From contig NC_043002.1 in the NCBI RefSeq assembly GCF_006345805.1, forward strand, positions 64,046,001-64,110,000: a stretch of 64,000 nt of DNA. The letters run 5' to 3'. This DNA is from Octopus sinensis. Lineage: Eukaryota. The notes below the pieces were generated by a model, which was not told where the DNA came from, did no database searches, and saw only the letters and a program-made list of their open reading frames with translations. This document shows, piece after piece, positions 26,622 to 37,962 of this stretch (position 1 is its first letter; each line of letters starts with the position of its first letter). The translations under genes and the position numbers were made by a program.

Positions 26622-29600
26622 TCTCTTTCTCTTTCCCCCGTCTGTCTTGATAGACAATGGGTCGCGCCAAGGGTGGGGCCTACTTTGATGATGAGCAGCG
26701 TCTGCTGTGACTGAACAGTCCAATTCTAGAGTGGCAGTCCCTGGTACAGTTGCTGCACACGAACATCGATGGGTACGAATGGGGTGTTGCTGCAGTTGTC
26801 CTCCTCCTGTCCCGCCTGTCCGACCACAGCTGTGCTCTCCTTTCCTCAGCCATGGAAACGCCTTTCCTCACTGTCCGATTCCGGGCAGAGCGGTCAGCAG
26901 CTGTTACCTCCCACGTGTCCACACAGATGTTGGCAGTCCTCAGGTCGCGCTTGCACACATCCCTGTATCGTAGCTGTGGACGTCCCTTGGGTCGGGATCC
27001 CGTGGTGAGTTCGCTGTACAGGATGTCTTTAGGCATGCGACCGTCCTGCATGCGGCAGACGTGTCCGAGCCAGCGCAGTCGTCTCCGCACGAGGAGGGCA
27101 TGCATGCTTGGCATATTAGTCTGTTCTAGGATGACTCCGTTTGGTACTCGGTCCTTCCAGAGATGCCAAGGATCCGTCGAAGACACCGCATGTGGAAGCC
27201 GCTGAGGCGGCATTCTTGCCGGGTGTATGTTGTCCAGCTCTCGCTGCCGTAGAATAGGGTGCTCAGCACGCAGGCTCGGTACACTGCGATCTTGGTGGTT
27301 ATTGTGAGCATGTTGTTTTCCCACACTCTCCTGGAGAGCTTAGCCATGGCAGCAGTAGCCTTCCCAATCCGTCTGTTCAGCTCCGGCTCGAGGGACAGGC
27401 TGCTGGAGACCGTCGATCCCAGGTAAGTGAACTCGTTCACCACCTGCAAGCTGTGGTCGCCGACACTGATGCTGGGGACCCCTCCGACGTCCTGGCCCAT
27501 GATCTCTGTCTTTTTCAGGCCGATGGTAAGGCCGAACTCTTGGCAGGCATCCGTCAGGGAGCTGACCAGCCTCTGGAGACCCGGCTGGTTGTGTGATGTT
27601 AGGGCAGCATCGTCAGCAAAGAGGATCTCTCTGATCAGCACCTGACGGACTTTGGTATTAGCTCTGAGGCGCGCAAGATTGAACAACCCACCATCAGCCC
27701 TGGTGTGGAGGAACACTCCGTCGTCGGACGTTCTGAAGGCATAGGACAGGACAAGGGAGAAGAAAATTCCGAAGAGCGTCGGCGCCAGAACGCAACCCTG
27801 TTTCACTCCACTCTGGATGGGGAACGACTCCGAGGGCGATCCGTCAAACTGTACTGTTCCCTGCATACTGTCGTGAAAGGAGGTGATGTGTTTCAGCAGT
27901 CTGGGAGGGCAACCTATCCTACCCAGGAGCGCAAACAGCCCCTCCCTGCTGACTGAGTCGAACGCCTTAGCCAGGTCGTATAGGGGCTGTCTCTGTTCTC
28001 GACTCTTTTCTTGAAGCTGCCTGAGTGAGAAGATCATGTCGATTGTAGACCTCTCTGCCCTAAAGCCAGACTGAGACTCGGGGTACACACGCTCTGCAAG
28101 CATTTGCAACCTCTTCAGGACCACCCTGGCAAATGCCTTACCGACAGTACTGAGCAGTGATATGCCCCTGTAATTATTACAGTCGCTTCTGTCCCCTTTG
28201 TTTTTATACAGTGTGATGATGTTTGCGTCACGCATATCCTTAGGGACAGAGCCCTCCTCCCAGCACTGACAGAGCAGCTCGTGGAGATGGCCCAGAATGG
28301 CTGGCTTCCCGCACTGGATGACTTCTGCGGGGATGCCGTCTTGCCCTGGTGCCTTGCCCCGACCAAGTGAGTCAATTGCTTTGCTCAGTTCTTCCTTTGT
28401 TAGAGGCAGGTCAAGCTCCTCCATGACAGGCAAAGCAGGAATGCCGGCGAGGGCAGACCTGGTGACCACATTCTCAGTGGAGTAGAGGTTCTGGTAATGC
28501 TCGACCCACCTCTCCATCTGCTTCGCTTGGTCCTTGATGACCTCGCCATCCCTGGACTTCAGTGGAGCAACCTTGCTGACAGTGGGCCCGAATGATTTCT
28601 TCATCCCCTCGTACATCCCTTTCACGTTACCACTGTCAGCACAGCACTGGATGTTCTGGCATAAGTTCTGCCAGTAGATGTTGGCGCAACGTCTGGCCGT
28701 CCTCTGGGCGTCGCTTCTAGCTGTTCTCAGAGTAGCCAGGTTCTTTTCTGATGGGTCGCGCTTATAGTTGACCAGTGCTTCCCTCTTGGCATCAATGACA
28801 GGCTCCATCTCAGGCAGGTGAGCTTCAAACCAGTCTTGATTTCTCCGCTCCCTCTTTCCTAGGGATGACATGGCTATTCTGCAAGTGGTGTCGCGATTAA
28901 GCTGCCATCTCTCCTCGATGGACGTGGCTGCGTGATCTTTAAGGGCCTCCTCCATGCGGTTGGTGAATTCCGATCGGAGGTCGGGGTTGGTTGTCATGGC
29001 GGTGTTGATGCGTGGGCGGCTTTTCCCTACGGGACGGCGGATTTTCTTTGGGGCCAGTCGGACCCTGCTGCACACCAGAGAGTGGTCTGTATCACAGTCA
29101 GCACCATGGTAGCTGCGTGTGAGAAGCACACTGCCGAGGTGGGCTCGCCGGGTGATGACCATGTCCAGTTGGTGTCAGTGTCCGGACCTTGGGTGCCTCC
29201 ATGAGACCTGGTGTTGTGGCTTAGTCATGAAGAATGTGTTGGTAACGCAGAGTTTCCGGTAAGAGCAAAGCTCCAACAGTCTCTGGCCATTCTCATTCAT
29301 CTTCCCCACGCCAAAGCGTCCAAGGCAATCTGGCCATGCCCCATGATCGGATCCCACCCTTGCGTTGAAGTCGCCCAGAAGGAAGATGGGCTCCGACCCT
29401 GGTATCTGGCTGATGGTGGCGTCGAGCTCCTCATAGAACCGGTCTTTTATTTCCTGAAGAGAGTGGAGTGTTGGGGCATAAGCACTAATTATGTTTATCT
29501 TCCCCGTTGATGTTGCAAGGCCAAGAGTGAGGATGCGCTCTGAGCCATTTGAAGGAGGGATCGCCATGGGGAGCAAGCTGTTCCTCACGGCAAACCCCAC

Positions 29601-30498
29601 GCCATGCTGGCGGGCCTCCTCGACGGGTCTCCCCTGCCAGTAGAAGGTGTAGTCCTTCTCCCGTAGCATGCCGTCTGCGGCGAGCCTGGTCTCTTGCAGC
29701 GCCGCTATGTCGATGTTCAACCTTTTCAATTCGGTGTTGATGACTGCTGTCTTCCTACTGTCGTTCATCTGTCGTAGATCGTCAATGATGCCAGGGCACA
29801 TGGTCCTGACATTCCGGGTGGCCAGTCGCAAGACTGGTGACTGGGTATTTGTTTTTCCTTTGTTTGCTGGTGCAGGGTTTTCAGTCTGCTTTTCAGATTT
29901 TGTCCTAGCTCCAAGCACCCATTGAAGCGGGCAGTCTGTGGCGGGTCAGCACCATTATTGGCCGGGGGCTGCCCAGCTTAAGGCGGGCGGTGGCTGACCA
30001 GTGGGACTTCAATGATCCCTCCCACCGTTAGAGACGGCCCGTAGCGCCCGGGATTACGCCAATTCACCCTGGCTTAAAACTCGTAACTGCCATCTCAGCT
30101 TGTTCCATCGATGGAGTAGTTTCTCCATGGCGCAAGCCTGGGCGGTAGGAACGAAGACACTGGGCTGCCCAGACACCAGAATCTCCCTCTCGGGCCCCCA
30201 GCCATAATCCAAAGGAATGCAGTGCAGTACGTTTGGAGTCTGGTTGGCTGCAGGAGTTGCCGGAAAAGAGTCGAGATTCGACACCCTACCGCCTTCGGGG
30301 CTCCACTCCGGATTTTCTGTCTGGGTTTACTCCCATAGCCTTTCCCTCTTCCAAGAGCATCCGCAAGGCAGCGGAGCGAGGGTTTGGAGTCAGAGCTTTC
30401 CTTCTCCTAGACTGGCTGCCAACCAAGGCTAACGAGCCCAGTCTGCCCACCTGGTTATACCGCCAAGCACCCGGTCGCCCCACACAGCAGGCTATGTA
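26622..30498 (-). mobile_element. Near-full-length RTE-clade LINE with 10-bp TSD
   Basis: About 580-bp 5' UTR, single APE+RT reading frame, short 3' UTR with GAAAGA tail; TTCTTGCAAT at 26612-26621 and 30499-30508. Confidence 0.95.
26680..29918 (-). pseudogene. RTE ORF (AP endonuclease + reverse transcriptase), three lesions
   Basis: APE motifs (ALQETR, SAYAPT, LLGDFNARVG), RT motifs (NYRGISLL, QSGFR, GVKQGCVLAPTLF, LFADD, YLGS) and a C-terminal zinc motif (CSNCTRDCHSRIGLFSHSRRC). In-frame TGA at 29175-29177 (HPRSGH*HQLD), apparent 4-aa deletion near 27978 (QPLY|DLAKAFD), frameshift near 27160. Confidence 0.95.
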
Positions 30499-30559
30499 TT
30501 CTTGCAATACATAGCAATATATATATTGTCATGTCATACGTTCGGATGCCTCTACTACT

Positions 30560-32527
30560 CAACTCTATTCTCTGCTTCTACTCTTTTCTCTATTAGCCAC
30601 AAAGGCCCAACATAGAGTGGGACAAACAAGAACAGACAGGACACAACAGAGGAGACAATACACAAAACGAATATTAATGAGGTGATAATATAACAATGAG
30701 GTTTTGAATGGCTGCATGCGCCCCTCATCACAAGTAGTACCGTTAATCTTTTTTTTATTACTGTCCATTTTTATCATGTATCTACATAACAATTAATTAT
30801 CGTGTTACATACCATTCCAAGTATTTGAACCGTTATATACATTATCTACAATTGTTCTTATGTTTTTTTTTTAAATAACATAAAACACTTTACTCGTTTT
30901 TTTTCCCTTTTTTTCCTCCTTTTTCTTGTTTTCTTTTTTCTTTTCTTTTTTTCCTGTCAATTTAACATACATTTTGATAGCACTTCGTCAATGGTTCAAA
31001 TTCTATTAGATCCACTACTGGTGGCAATTCTTTGAATTCCACCCTCCCTCCTGGTGGGTCAATACAATCTCCACACATTTCTTCCAGTTTCTTGTAATTT
31101 TCCTTTTCGATCACTATCGCCTTCATATCCTCTGCCTATATGTATGATGGTACTTTCATACTTATTATTTGATTAAACTTGGCTATCTTCTTCTCTGTTT
31201 CTACATTCTTTGGGTACGTCACGTCATACCATACTCCACTTCCTCCTTGTATTTGGTTTCCTTTATTTTGTACTCTTTGTTCTCTCTTTTCATCCTCCAC
31301 TCTAAATAGTCTCTTCATCTCCTCTTCGGCCAGTTGAATTTCCGAATACTTTTCCATCGGAACAACTGGTATTTTTACTAGTTACTCCACTTTCTTTTTA
31401 ATTTCTTTCTCTGTCACCCTTTTGTCTTCCTTCCTGCTGACCTCCTTCACAGTTTCTTTTCTCATCTCTTCTCTCTTCTTTTTCTGTTTCTCTGGCGGAG
31501 AACATATCCCCCCGTTCCTCCTTTTTTACCACAGTAAAATCATCCTCTGTTTCTTTTTTCTTTGTCTCGACCTGTTCCACCTGGTCCACGCTCTCTTGTA
31601 TCTCCACCTGCTCTGCTTCTTGTTTTTTCTGGGTGCATCATGCCTTCATGTGGCCCTTTTCTCCACATGAAAAATATATCGGCGGCCTACCCTCCACTGT
31701 AACTTTCAGTCTCACATCTTCTGGAGGACAATATCATCCACCACACTGTTCAAATCCTCCACTGTGTACTCAGTTCAATTCCATAAACACAGTAGCCGAC
31801 CTTCTGGGTCCTCGTGGCCTTCAAAATCTTTCCTTCTTTCATATTATACGTTATGGCTGTCATCAGCCATGCCGCCTTCAATTCGGGTGGCACCTTACCC
31901 ACACGCACTCTGGCCACACCGTACGAAGGCAAGAACACCCACTCCTCCGACCGTATAGCCTCCGTAGAGTATTTAACTGCTTCCCCCACCGTTGCGAAGC
32001 GCACCTCCACAGTGGCATATCTTTTTCCTCTTGTTACGAATGTTGTGCATATTTTTATATCTTTGATACATTCTTCTATTGCCTCTGTTGTATCAACCTC
32101 TATTTTTCTGGTAGCTGCCTTCATGGTTTTGTACACCACTGTTCTTTTTGTCACATTCGCGGATAACTCCTCAGGTGGCGTCAGCTTTAGAGTACTTCCT
32201 TCCATTTTGATTAAATTTTCACACGCTTTCATCTTTCGAGGTTGCACTTGTAATTCGCGGACCTCCAACATTTGTACGTCTCCTCCCTTGCCAGTTACGT
32301 CCGCATAACTTGGGCCTCCTTCTGCCTTCTCCATCTTCCCACAGTTGGGAACAAAACAACAATTACAGAATCAACAATAGTAACAATTTGAACAATAATG
32401 GCAACAATTCAATAAATATTTCAGCATTAACTCACGTAAACATAATAAAAAATCCTCGGCATTGACTAGGCCGTCATCAACGACTCAACTTCAAAAGTAA
32501 CGCCTGTCAACTACAAACTTTCACCGC
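30560..32527 (-). mobile_element. ORF1-only (HAL1-like) non-LTR retroelement of L1/Tx1 type
   Basis: 5' UTR, ORF1, about 370-bp A-rich 3' UTR, then a tail homologous to the SINE C tail. No room for ORF2. Confidence 0.7.
30962..32334 (-). pseudogene. L1/Tx1-type ORF1 (RRM-like region + CCHC knuckle + charged C-terminus), disrupted
   Basis: Reads MEKAEGGPSYADVTGKGG...GKRYATVEVRF...ARVRVGKVPPEL...KVTVEGRPPIYFSCGEKGHMKA*C (CX2CX4HX4C with C to Y), then an E/K-rich tail ending DLIEFEPLTKCYQNVC*. Several stops and frameshifts. Confidence 0.75.
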
Positions 32528-33090
32528 TACTCGTTTCTTTATTAGCCACAGAACAGACAGGACACCACAGAAGGAACAATACATAAAACGAATATGAATG
32601 AGATGATTATATAACAATGGCTTCATGCGTCCCTCATCACATGCAGTACCATTAATCTATTTCTTTACTACTCACAAGGGGACAAAAGGACAGACAAACG
32701 GATTAAGTCGATTATATCGAGCCCAGTGTGTAACTGGTACTTATTTAATCGACCCCGAAAAGATGAAAGGCAAAGTCGACCTTGGCGGAATTTGAACTCA
32801 GAACGTAACGGCAGACGAAATACCGCTAAGCATTTCGCCAGGCGTGCTAACTTTTCTGCCAGCTCGCCGCCTTATCTTGTTACAGACCATTGCAAGTATT
32901 TGAACCGTTATATACATTATCTACAATTGTTCATCTATTTTTCAATCTTTTTAAACATAAAATAAAACACTATACTCTTTCTTTTTTTCCTCCTTATTTC
33001 TTTTTTTTCGTTTTCTTTTTTCCTATCAATTTAACATACTTATTTTCTTTTTAATAGCACTTCGTCAATGGTTCAATTTCCATTAAATCC
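32528..33090 (-). mobile_element. Second, 5'-truncated copy of the ORF1-only element (ORF1 end + 3' UTR + tail)
   Basis: Collinear with about 30585-31015 (for example ATTAGCCAC, CCCTCATCAC, CAAGTATTTGAACCGTTATATACATTATCTACAATTG, GCACTTCGTCAATGGTTCAA), with substitutions and deletions; interrupted by a SINE. Confidence 0.8.
32658..32873 (-). mobile_element. Family C SINE
   Basis: Reverse complement of the 10691 element. Confidence 0.88.
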
Positions 33091-33521
33091 TTTACTGAGG
33101 TCGATACATTCGACTAAAGATTATTCAAGGCGGTGTCCCAGGATGGCTGCACTCTAATATCTGAAGCAAGTAAAAAGTGTATACACACACGCATAATCAC
33201 ATATACTCATAAATATATCTATATATATACACACTCACAGATACACACACTCACACACATGTAGGTGCTAGTGTTGCTATTTGGTAAACCGTTTTCTTAA
33301 CAATAACATAATTCCGTTATCCGTCCTGAAGTATCTTTACTATATCTCCGTGACGCATGAGCGAATGAGTTTGGTTGAGTTTGTATATCACCTATCTTAT
33401 CATCGGATGTGCTATCTAATGTTTGTATATATAGTATACATATCATTAGATAGCACTTCTCATCAGATTATCATTCTTCTTACCTTTTGAATTTTATCAA
33501 ATATTTGCATTAAAAAATTCT

Positions 33522-33898
33522 GGATCTTTTCGGTTTGATGCGAATTTTTTTCTAGCGGTGTCATGAAATTGTCACCCATAATTATGACCCTCGTATCGAT
33601 CTATTGGATTTCAATCTGTTTTAGGGTTGGTTAGGGTTAGGGTTAGGGGTGGGGGAAGGGCATAATTTTTTTCTTCACAAATGTAAATGAACCCAATCTG
33701 TTTTTTAAACGGGGGACTTATTCATACGGCACAGAATGGTTTTTTTTTACCTCAATAGACGTCATTGATTTGTTGAAATTGCAGAAATTGAAGAAAAAAG
33801 GCACAACAAATATATTGCAAACTATAGAATTTTCTCAATAAACCAAGAGAAAAAGATAGACATTATGTTAAAAACTGCCGTTCAAACCGAACAGATCC
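33522..33898. mobile_element. MULE-like MITE with TTAGGG repeats and 9-bp TSD
   Basis: Termini GGATCTTTTCGGTTTGA / TCAAACCGAACAGATCC; AAAAATTCT at 33513-33521 and 33899-33907; TTAGGG repeats near 33623-33648. Confidence 0.8.
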
Positions 33899-34971
33899 AA
33901 AAATTCTAGCTTTATTTTCATGTTATTCTTCCGGTAAGAGATATAGCTGCTATACATCCAAAACGTGAATACTAGTGTTTTGTTAAATTTTATCCGGCGT
34001 AACATCCACCTAAATTTATCTGGAGGCCTGTAGCTAGGATGTTCTGTAGTCAGATCACTACACTTGATGTCGCGAATCCCTAGATTATTCCCAACGTGAC
34101 CAACGAACCTGACACTTCACGACTTCGGCTAGATATCACCACAGCAACTATACCATCCTTTTCGCACCTTTTACTCTGAGCCTATCCATCAGTGTATATT
34201 CAGAACGTCTTACTTAACTGAGTGAACTGAGAAACAGTATAGACGAGATGGACAAAGGACGGCGAAGAGACGCGATCAGACGTGGATAAACACTGACGGC
34301 AATTGAACAATGACGAACAACCAAAACATAAACAACAATTGGCCTCACTTCGAATGCTGTTGCGAGAATAATAAAAGTCCTGACAAAAATCACAACGGAT
34401 TATATCTTCTTCTTTGCAACCGTGCTGATTCTTTCATACAATAACCGTCCTGATTCTTGCATACAATTGTTAATGTTTATAAAGCAGGTTGTGGCTGCTT
34501 GTGTGCAGGAAGTTTAGAAATGTGGTCAGATGGACATAAAACAGATGCTTTTACGATTGATTAAGTAGATTAAGGTACAGAAGAGATACAATCGCAGTAA
34601 TAATAAATACATGTTATTTAACAACGTATTGATTAAAAATAACCTCATGAAGTAACGCCACATTTGAGATAATTAACGCGATAATACATTTCAAAGAAAC
34701 ATGAAAATTACGATATCTATAGACAGGAATAGATTCAGGAATTGAATAGGTTTCACATTTGTGAGTGCAATAGTATTTCTTCATTGAATTTCTGAAGCTA
34801 AAGATGCAACATGAAGGCGAATTAGCAAACCAGACACTGTTTCGAACGCACGTTGGCGAATGCCTATTGGTGTTCAAACTGAGGGCATTAGTGGGGTTGT
34901 GAAAAACAAGGAATGATATTCACGCCTATATACACACCTTTGCATGGTTTACATTTATTCCATCTAATATA

Positions 34972-35185
34972 TATTTGTTTACTATTCACAAGGGGCTACA
35001 CACAGAGGGGACAAACAAGGACAGAGAAACGGATTAAGTCGATTATATCGACACCAGTGCGTAACTGGTACTTATCTAATCGACCCCGAAAGGATGAAAG
35101 GAATTTGAACTCAGAACGTAACGGCAGACGAAATACGGCTTCGCATTTCGCCCGGTGTGATAACGTTTCTGCCAGCTCACAGTCT
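34972..35185 (-). mobile_element. Family C SINE
   Basis: Homologous to 10691, with an internal deletion. Confidence 0.85.
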
Positions 35186-35237
35186 TGAAGCGTGATATAT
35201 ATAATAAACGTAATTATATATATATTTGCGTATGATA

Positions 35238-35467
35238 AAAAAAAAATTTCTCATAAGGGCCGGTTTCCGTCGCGTGTGAGCTGCAAGATGCAGGAGTGAG
35301 AGAAAGTTGTGGCGAAAGAGTCGGCAGAAGTTTGCTATCACCTTGTGCCAAAGCTGCGTGGATCTTAGGTGTTTCGCCCATAAACACACACGTCGCACAG
35401 TCTGAGATTCGAGCCCGGATCACTTGACCGCGTGTCCGCTGCTCTAACCACAAGGCCATGTGCCTCC
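35238..35467 (-). mobile_element. Family A SINE (degenerate, short tail like 49412)
   Basis: Minus head GGAGGCACATGGCCTTGTGGTTAGAGCAGCGGACACGCGG and family A body CCACAACTTTCTCTCACTC. Confidence 0.7.
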
Positions 35468-35544
35468 ACCAAATGGGTATATACCGAAACATATATTACA
35501 CTATGGTCTATTTTTACGTTGTATACAGATACTTATTGTTACTA

Positions 35545-36430
35545 CCCTATGTGTGTGTGTCTGTGCATGTGCGTGTGTACTTTTACTTACACCAATGTAT
35601 GTATATGTGTGTGCGATGTGCGTGTATTCTTACTTACGTGTGTGAATGTATATATGTGTGTGCATGCGTATGTATTTTTAATTACACGCATGTATGTATA
35701 TCTGTATGTGCATGTGTGTATGTATATGTGTGTGTGTGCATGTATTTTTAATTACACGCGTGTATGTATATGTTTGTGTGTATGCATGCGTATGCACTTT
35801 TACTTACACGCATGTATATATGTGCTTGTGTGCGTGTGAGGGTGTATTTTTATTTACACGCACGTATGTATATGGGCGTGTGCGTGTGTGCGCGTTTATT
35901 TTTACTTACGCGCGTGTATGTATATATGTGTGTATAGTCTATATATTTGCGTGTGTATGTGTATTTTTACTTACATGCATATATGTATATCTGTATGTGT
36001 GTATTTTTACTTACACGCGTGTATGTATGTGTTTGTGTGTGTCTTTGTGTGTCTGTGTCTTTGCATGTGTGTCTTTACTTACACGCGTGTATCAATGTGT
36101 GTGCGTGTGCATGTGTATTTTTACTCACACGCGTGTATGTATATGTGTGTGTCTGTGTGTGTGCGTATGTATCTTTACATACACGCGTGTATGTATATAT
36201 GTGTGTCTCTGTCTGTGTGTACGCGTGAGTATTTTTACTTACACGTATGTATGTATGTTTGTCCGTGTGCGTGTTTATTTTCACTCACATGCGTGTATAT
36301 ATAAGCGTGTGTGTCTATGTCTGTGCGTGTGCTTGGGTATTTCTACTTACATGCGTGTATGTATAAGTTTGTGTCTGTGCGTGTGCATTTTTACTTACAC
36401 GCGTGAATGTATATGTGTGTGTATGTGTGT
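35545..36430. repeat. Minisatellite: anchor TTTTTACTTACACGC repeated about 16 times with variable GT/AT spacers
   Basis: The anchor recurs every 40-70 bp (for example near 35580, 35798, 35900, 36004, 36074, 36389). Confidence 0.85.
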
Positions 36431-36955
36431 GTAAGTGTGTGTGTGTGTGAGTGTGTGTGTGTGTGTGTGTATGTCTGTGTGTGTGTGTAAACTAACTGAA
36501 ATTGCTGCTTAGTCGTGAATATACCTTACAAAGAGATATCCTCTCAGAACTGCATTCGCGCATTCAAATTCGGTGGAGACTATTAATACAAATAAACACG
36601 AAGAGATGCATTTCATACTTTGTAAGTGATTCGATATTAAGATAAATAAAGCATCCTATACATATAAACAGAGATACATACTCACACCCACACGCGCATT
36701 CACATATATATGTATGTATATTCATGTAAATAAATGTATGTATTCAGTTATACAAGCACACTCGCACACATATATGATAAGTTTGAAACAGATGGGTAGG
36801 TGTGTAGTTAAGTTTCTTGATGCCAGGGTGTGTTATTGCAGAGATCAATATGTATGAAATTTTTACGTGTAGTATTCAACTTGTGTACCTGTGTGTGTAA
36901 GTACATATGCAAATTAAAGTTTATGTGTATGTTTGTTTCATATTACGTACATATA

Positions 36956-37410
36956 GGCGCAGGAGTGGCTGAGTGGTAAGTAGCTTGCTTACCAACCACA
37001 TGGTGCCGGGTTCGGTCCCACTGCGTGGCACCTTCGGCAAGTGTCTCCCACTATAGCCTCGGACCGACCCAGAGCCTTGTGAGTGGATTTGGTAGACAGA
37101 AACTGAAAAGGGCCCGTCGTATATATATATATATTTATGTGCGTGTGTGTGTGTGTGTGTGTGTGTGCGTGTGTGTATATTTGTGTTTGTTTGTGTTTGT
37201 GTGTCTGTGTTTGTCCCCCCAACATCGCTTGACGATGGTGTTGTGTTTACGTCCCCGAAACCTAGCAGTTCTGCAAGTACACCGATAGAATAAGTACTAT
37301 GCTTCCTAAGAATAAGTCCTGGGGTCGATTTGCTCGACGATAGGCTGTGCTCCAGCATGGCTGCAGTCAAATGACTGAAACAAGTAAAAGAGTAAAAAGG
37401 GTAAAAGAGT
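36956..37410 (+). mobile_element. Family B CORE-SINE, complete
   Basis: GGCGCAGGAGTGGCTGAGTGGTAAG head, GGTTCGGTCCC B-box, CORE-like segment, internal TA/GT repeat, (GTAAAAAGA)n tail. Confidence 0.9.
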
Positions 37411-37908
37411 ATATATATATATATATAAATTTAAGGAACGGAGCTGGTAAATTCCAGACTACGTATGTTTCTTAGCTAGCAGAAGCTCAGAAGTATAAAC
37501 ACTCAACGGGAGGTTCTTCGATAGCTACTCATTAAGCCAAATCGATCAAGTCTCCTGAGAGTTAACAGGAGACCCTTTCAGGACAATGTATCCTTCATTT
37601 GACTAATGAGTAACTAACGGAGTTATAACTATTTACGAAGTTCTGCTAGACTCTGTTCCCTAAATTTGGACTCTTATTCACATACAAAGCAACCCCAGTC
37701 ACATAACAGCTTACTTTAAAATAACTTTCTTTCAGTTTATCAGACTTCGATATGTGGAATGTTTACAACCACTTTATGCCAATAAACCTTTCTTGTTCCT
37801 GAAAGTTGATTTATATACCTTCTAGGGACTTGCTGAAGCTTACTAAATTCCTACACCTAAAACCTTTGATTTTACCTCTACATATAAAGATATATATAAA
37901 GATATATA

Positions 37909-37959
<51 letters not shown>

Positions 37960-37962
<3 letters not shown>

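Noticed and set aside
30400-30498. HDV-like ribozyme at the RTE 5' end
   Set aside because: A 7-bp stem (30409-30415 with 30438-30444) and a small hairpin are present, but I could not complete the nested double pseudoknot by eye. An RNAMotif/Infernal search would decide.
26707-30514. Plus-strand and alternate-frame ORFs overlapping the RTE
   Set aside because: Shadow ORFs expected in GC-rich coding sequence.
35545-36430. CRISPR-like repeat-spacer appearance
   Set aside because: Eukaryotic context, spacers are low-complexity and related to each other, repeats are degenerate, and there are no cas genes.
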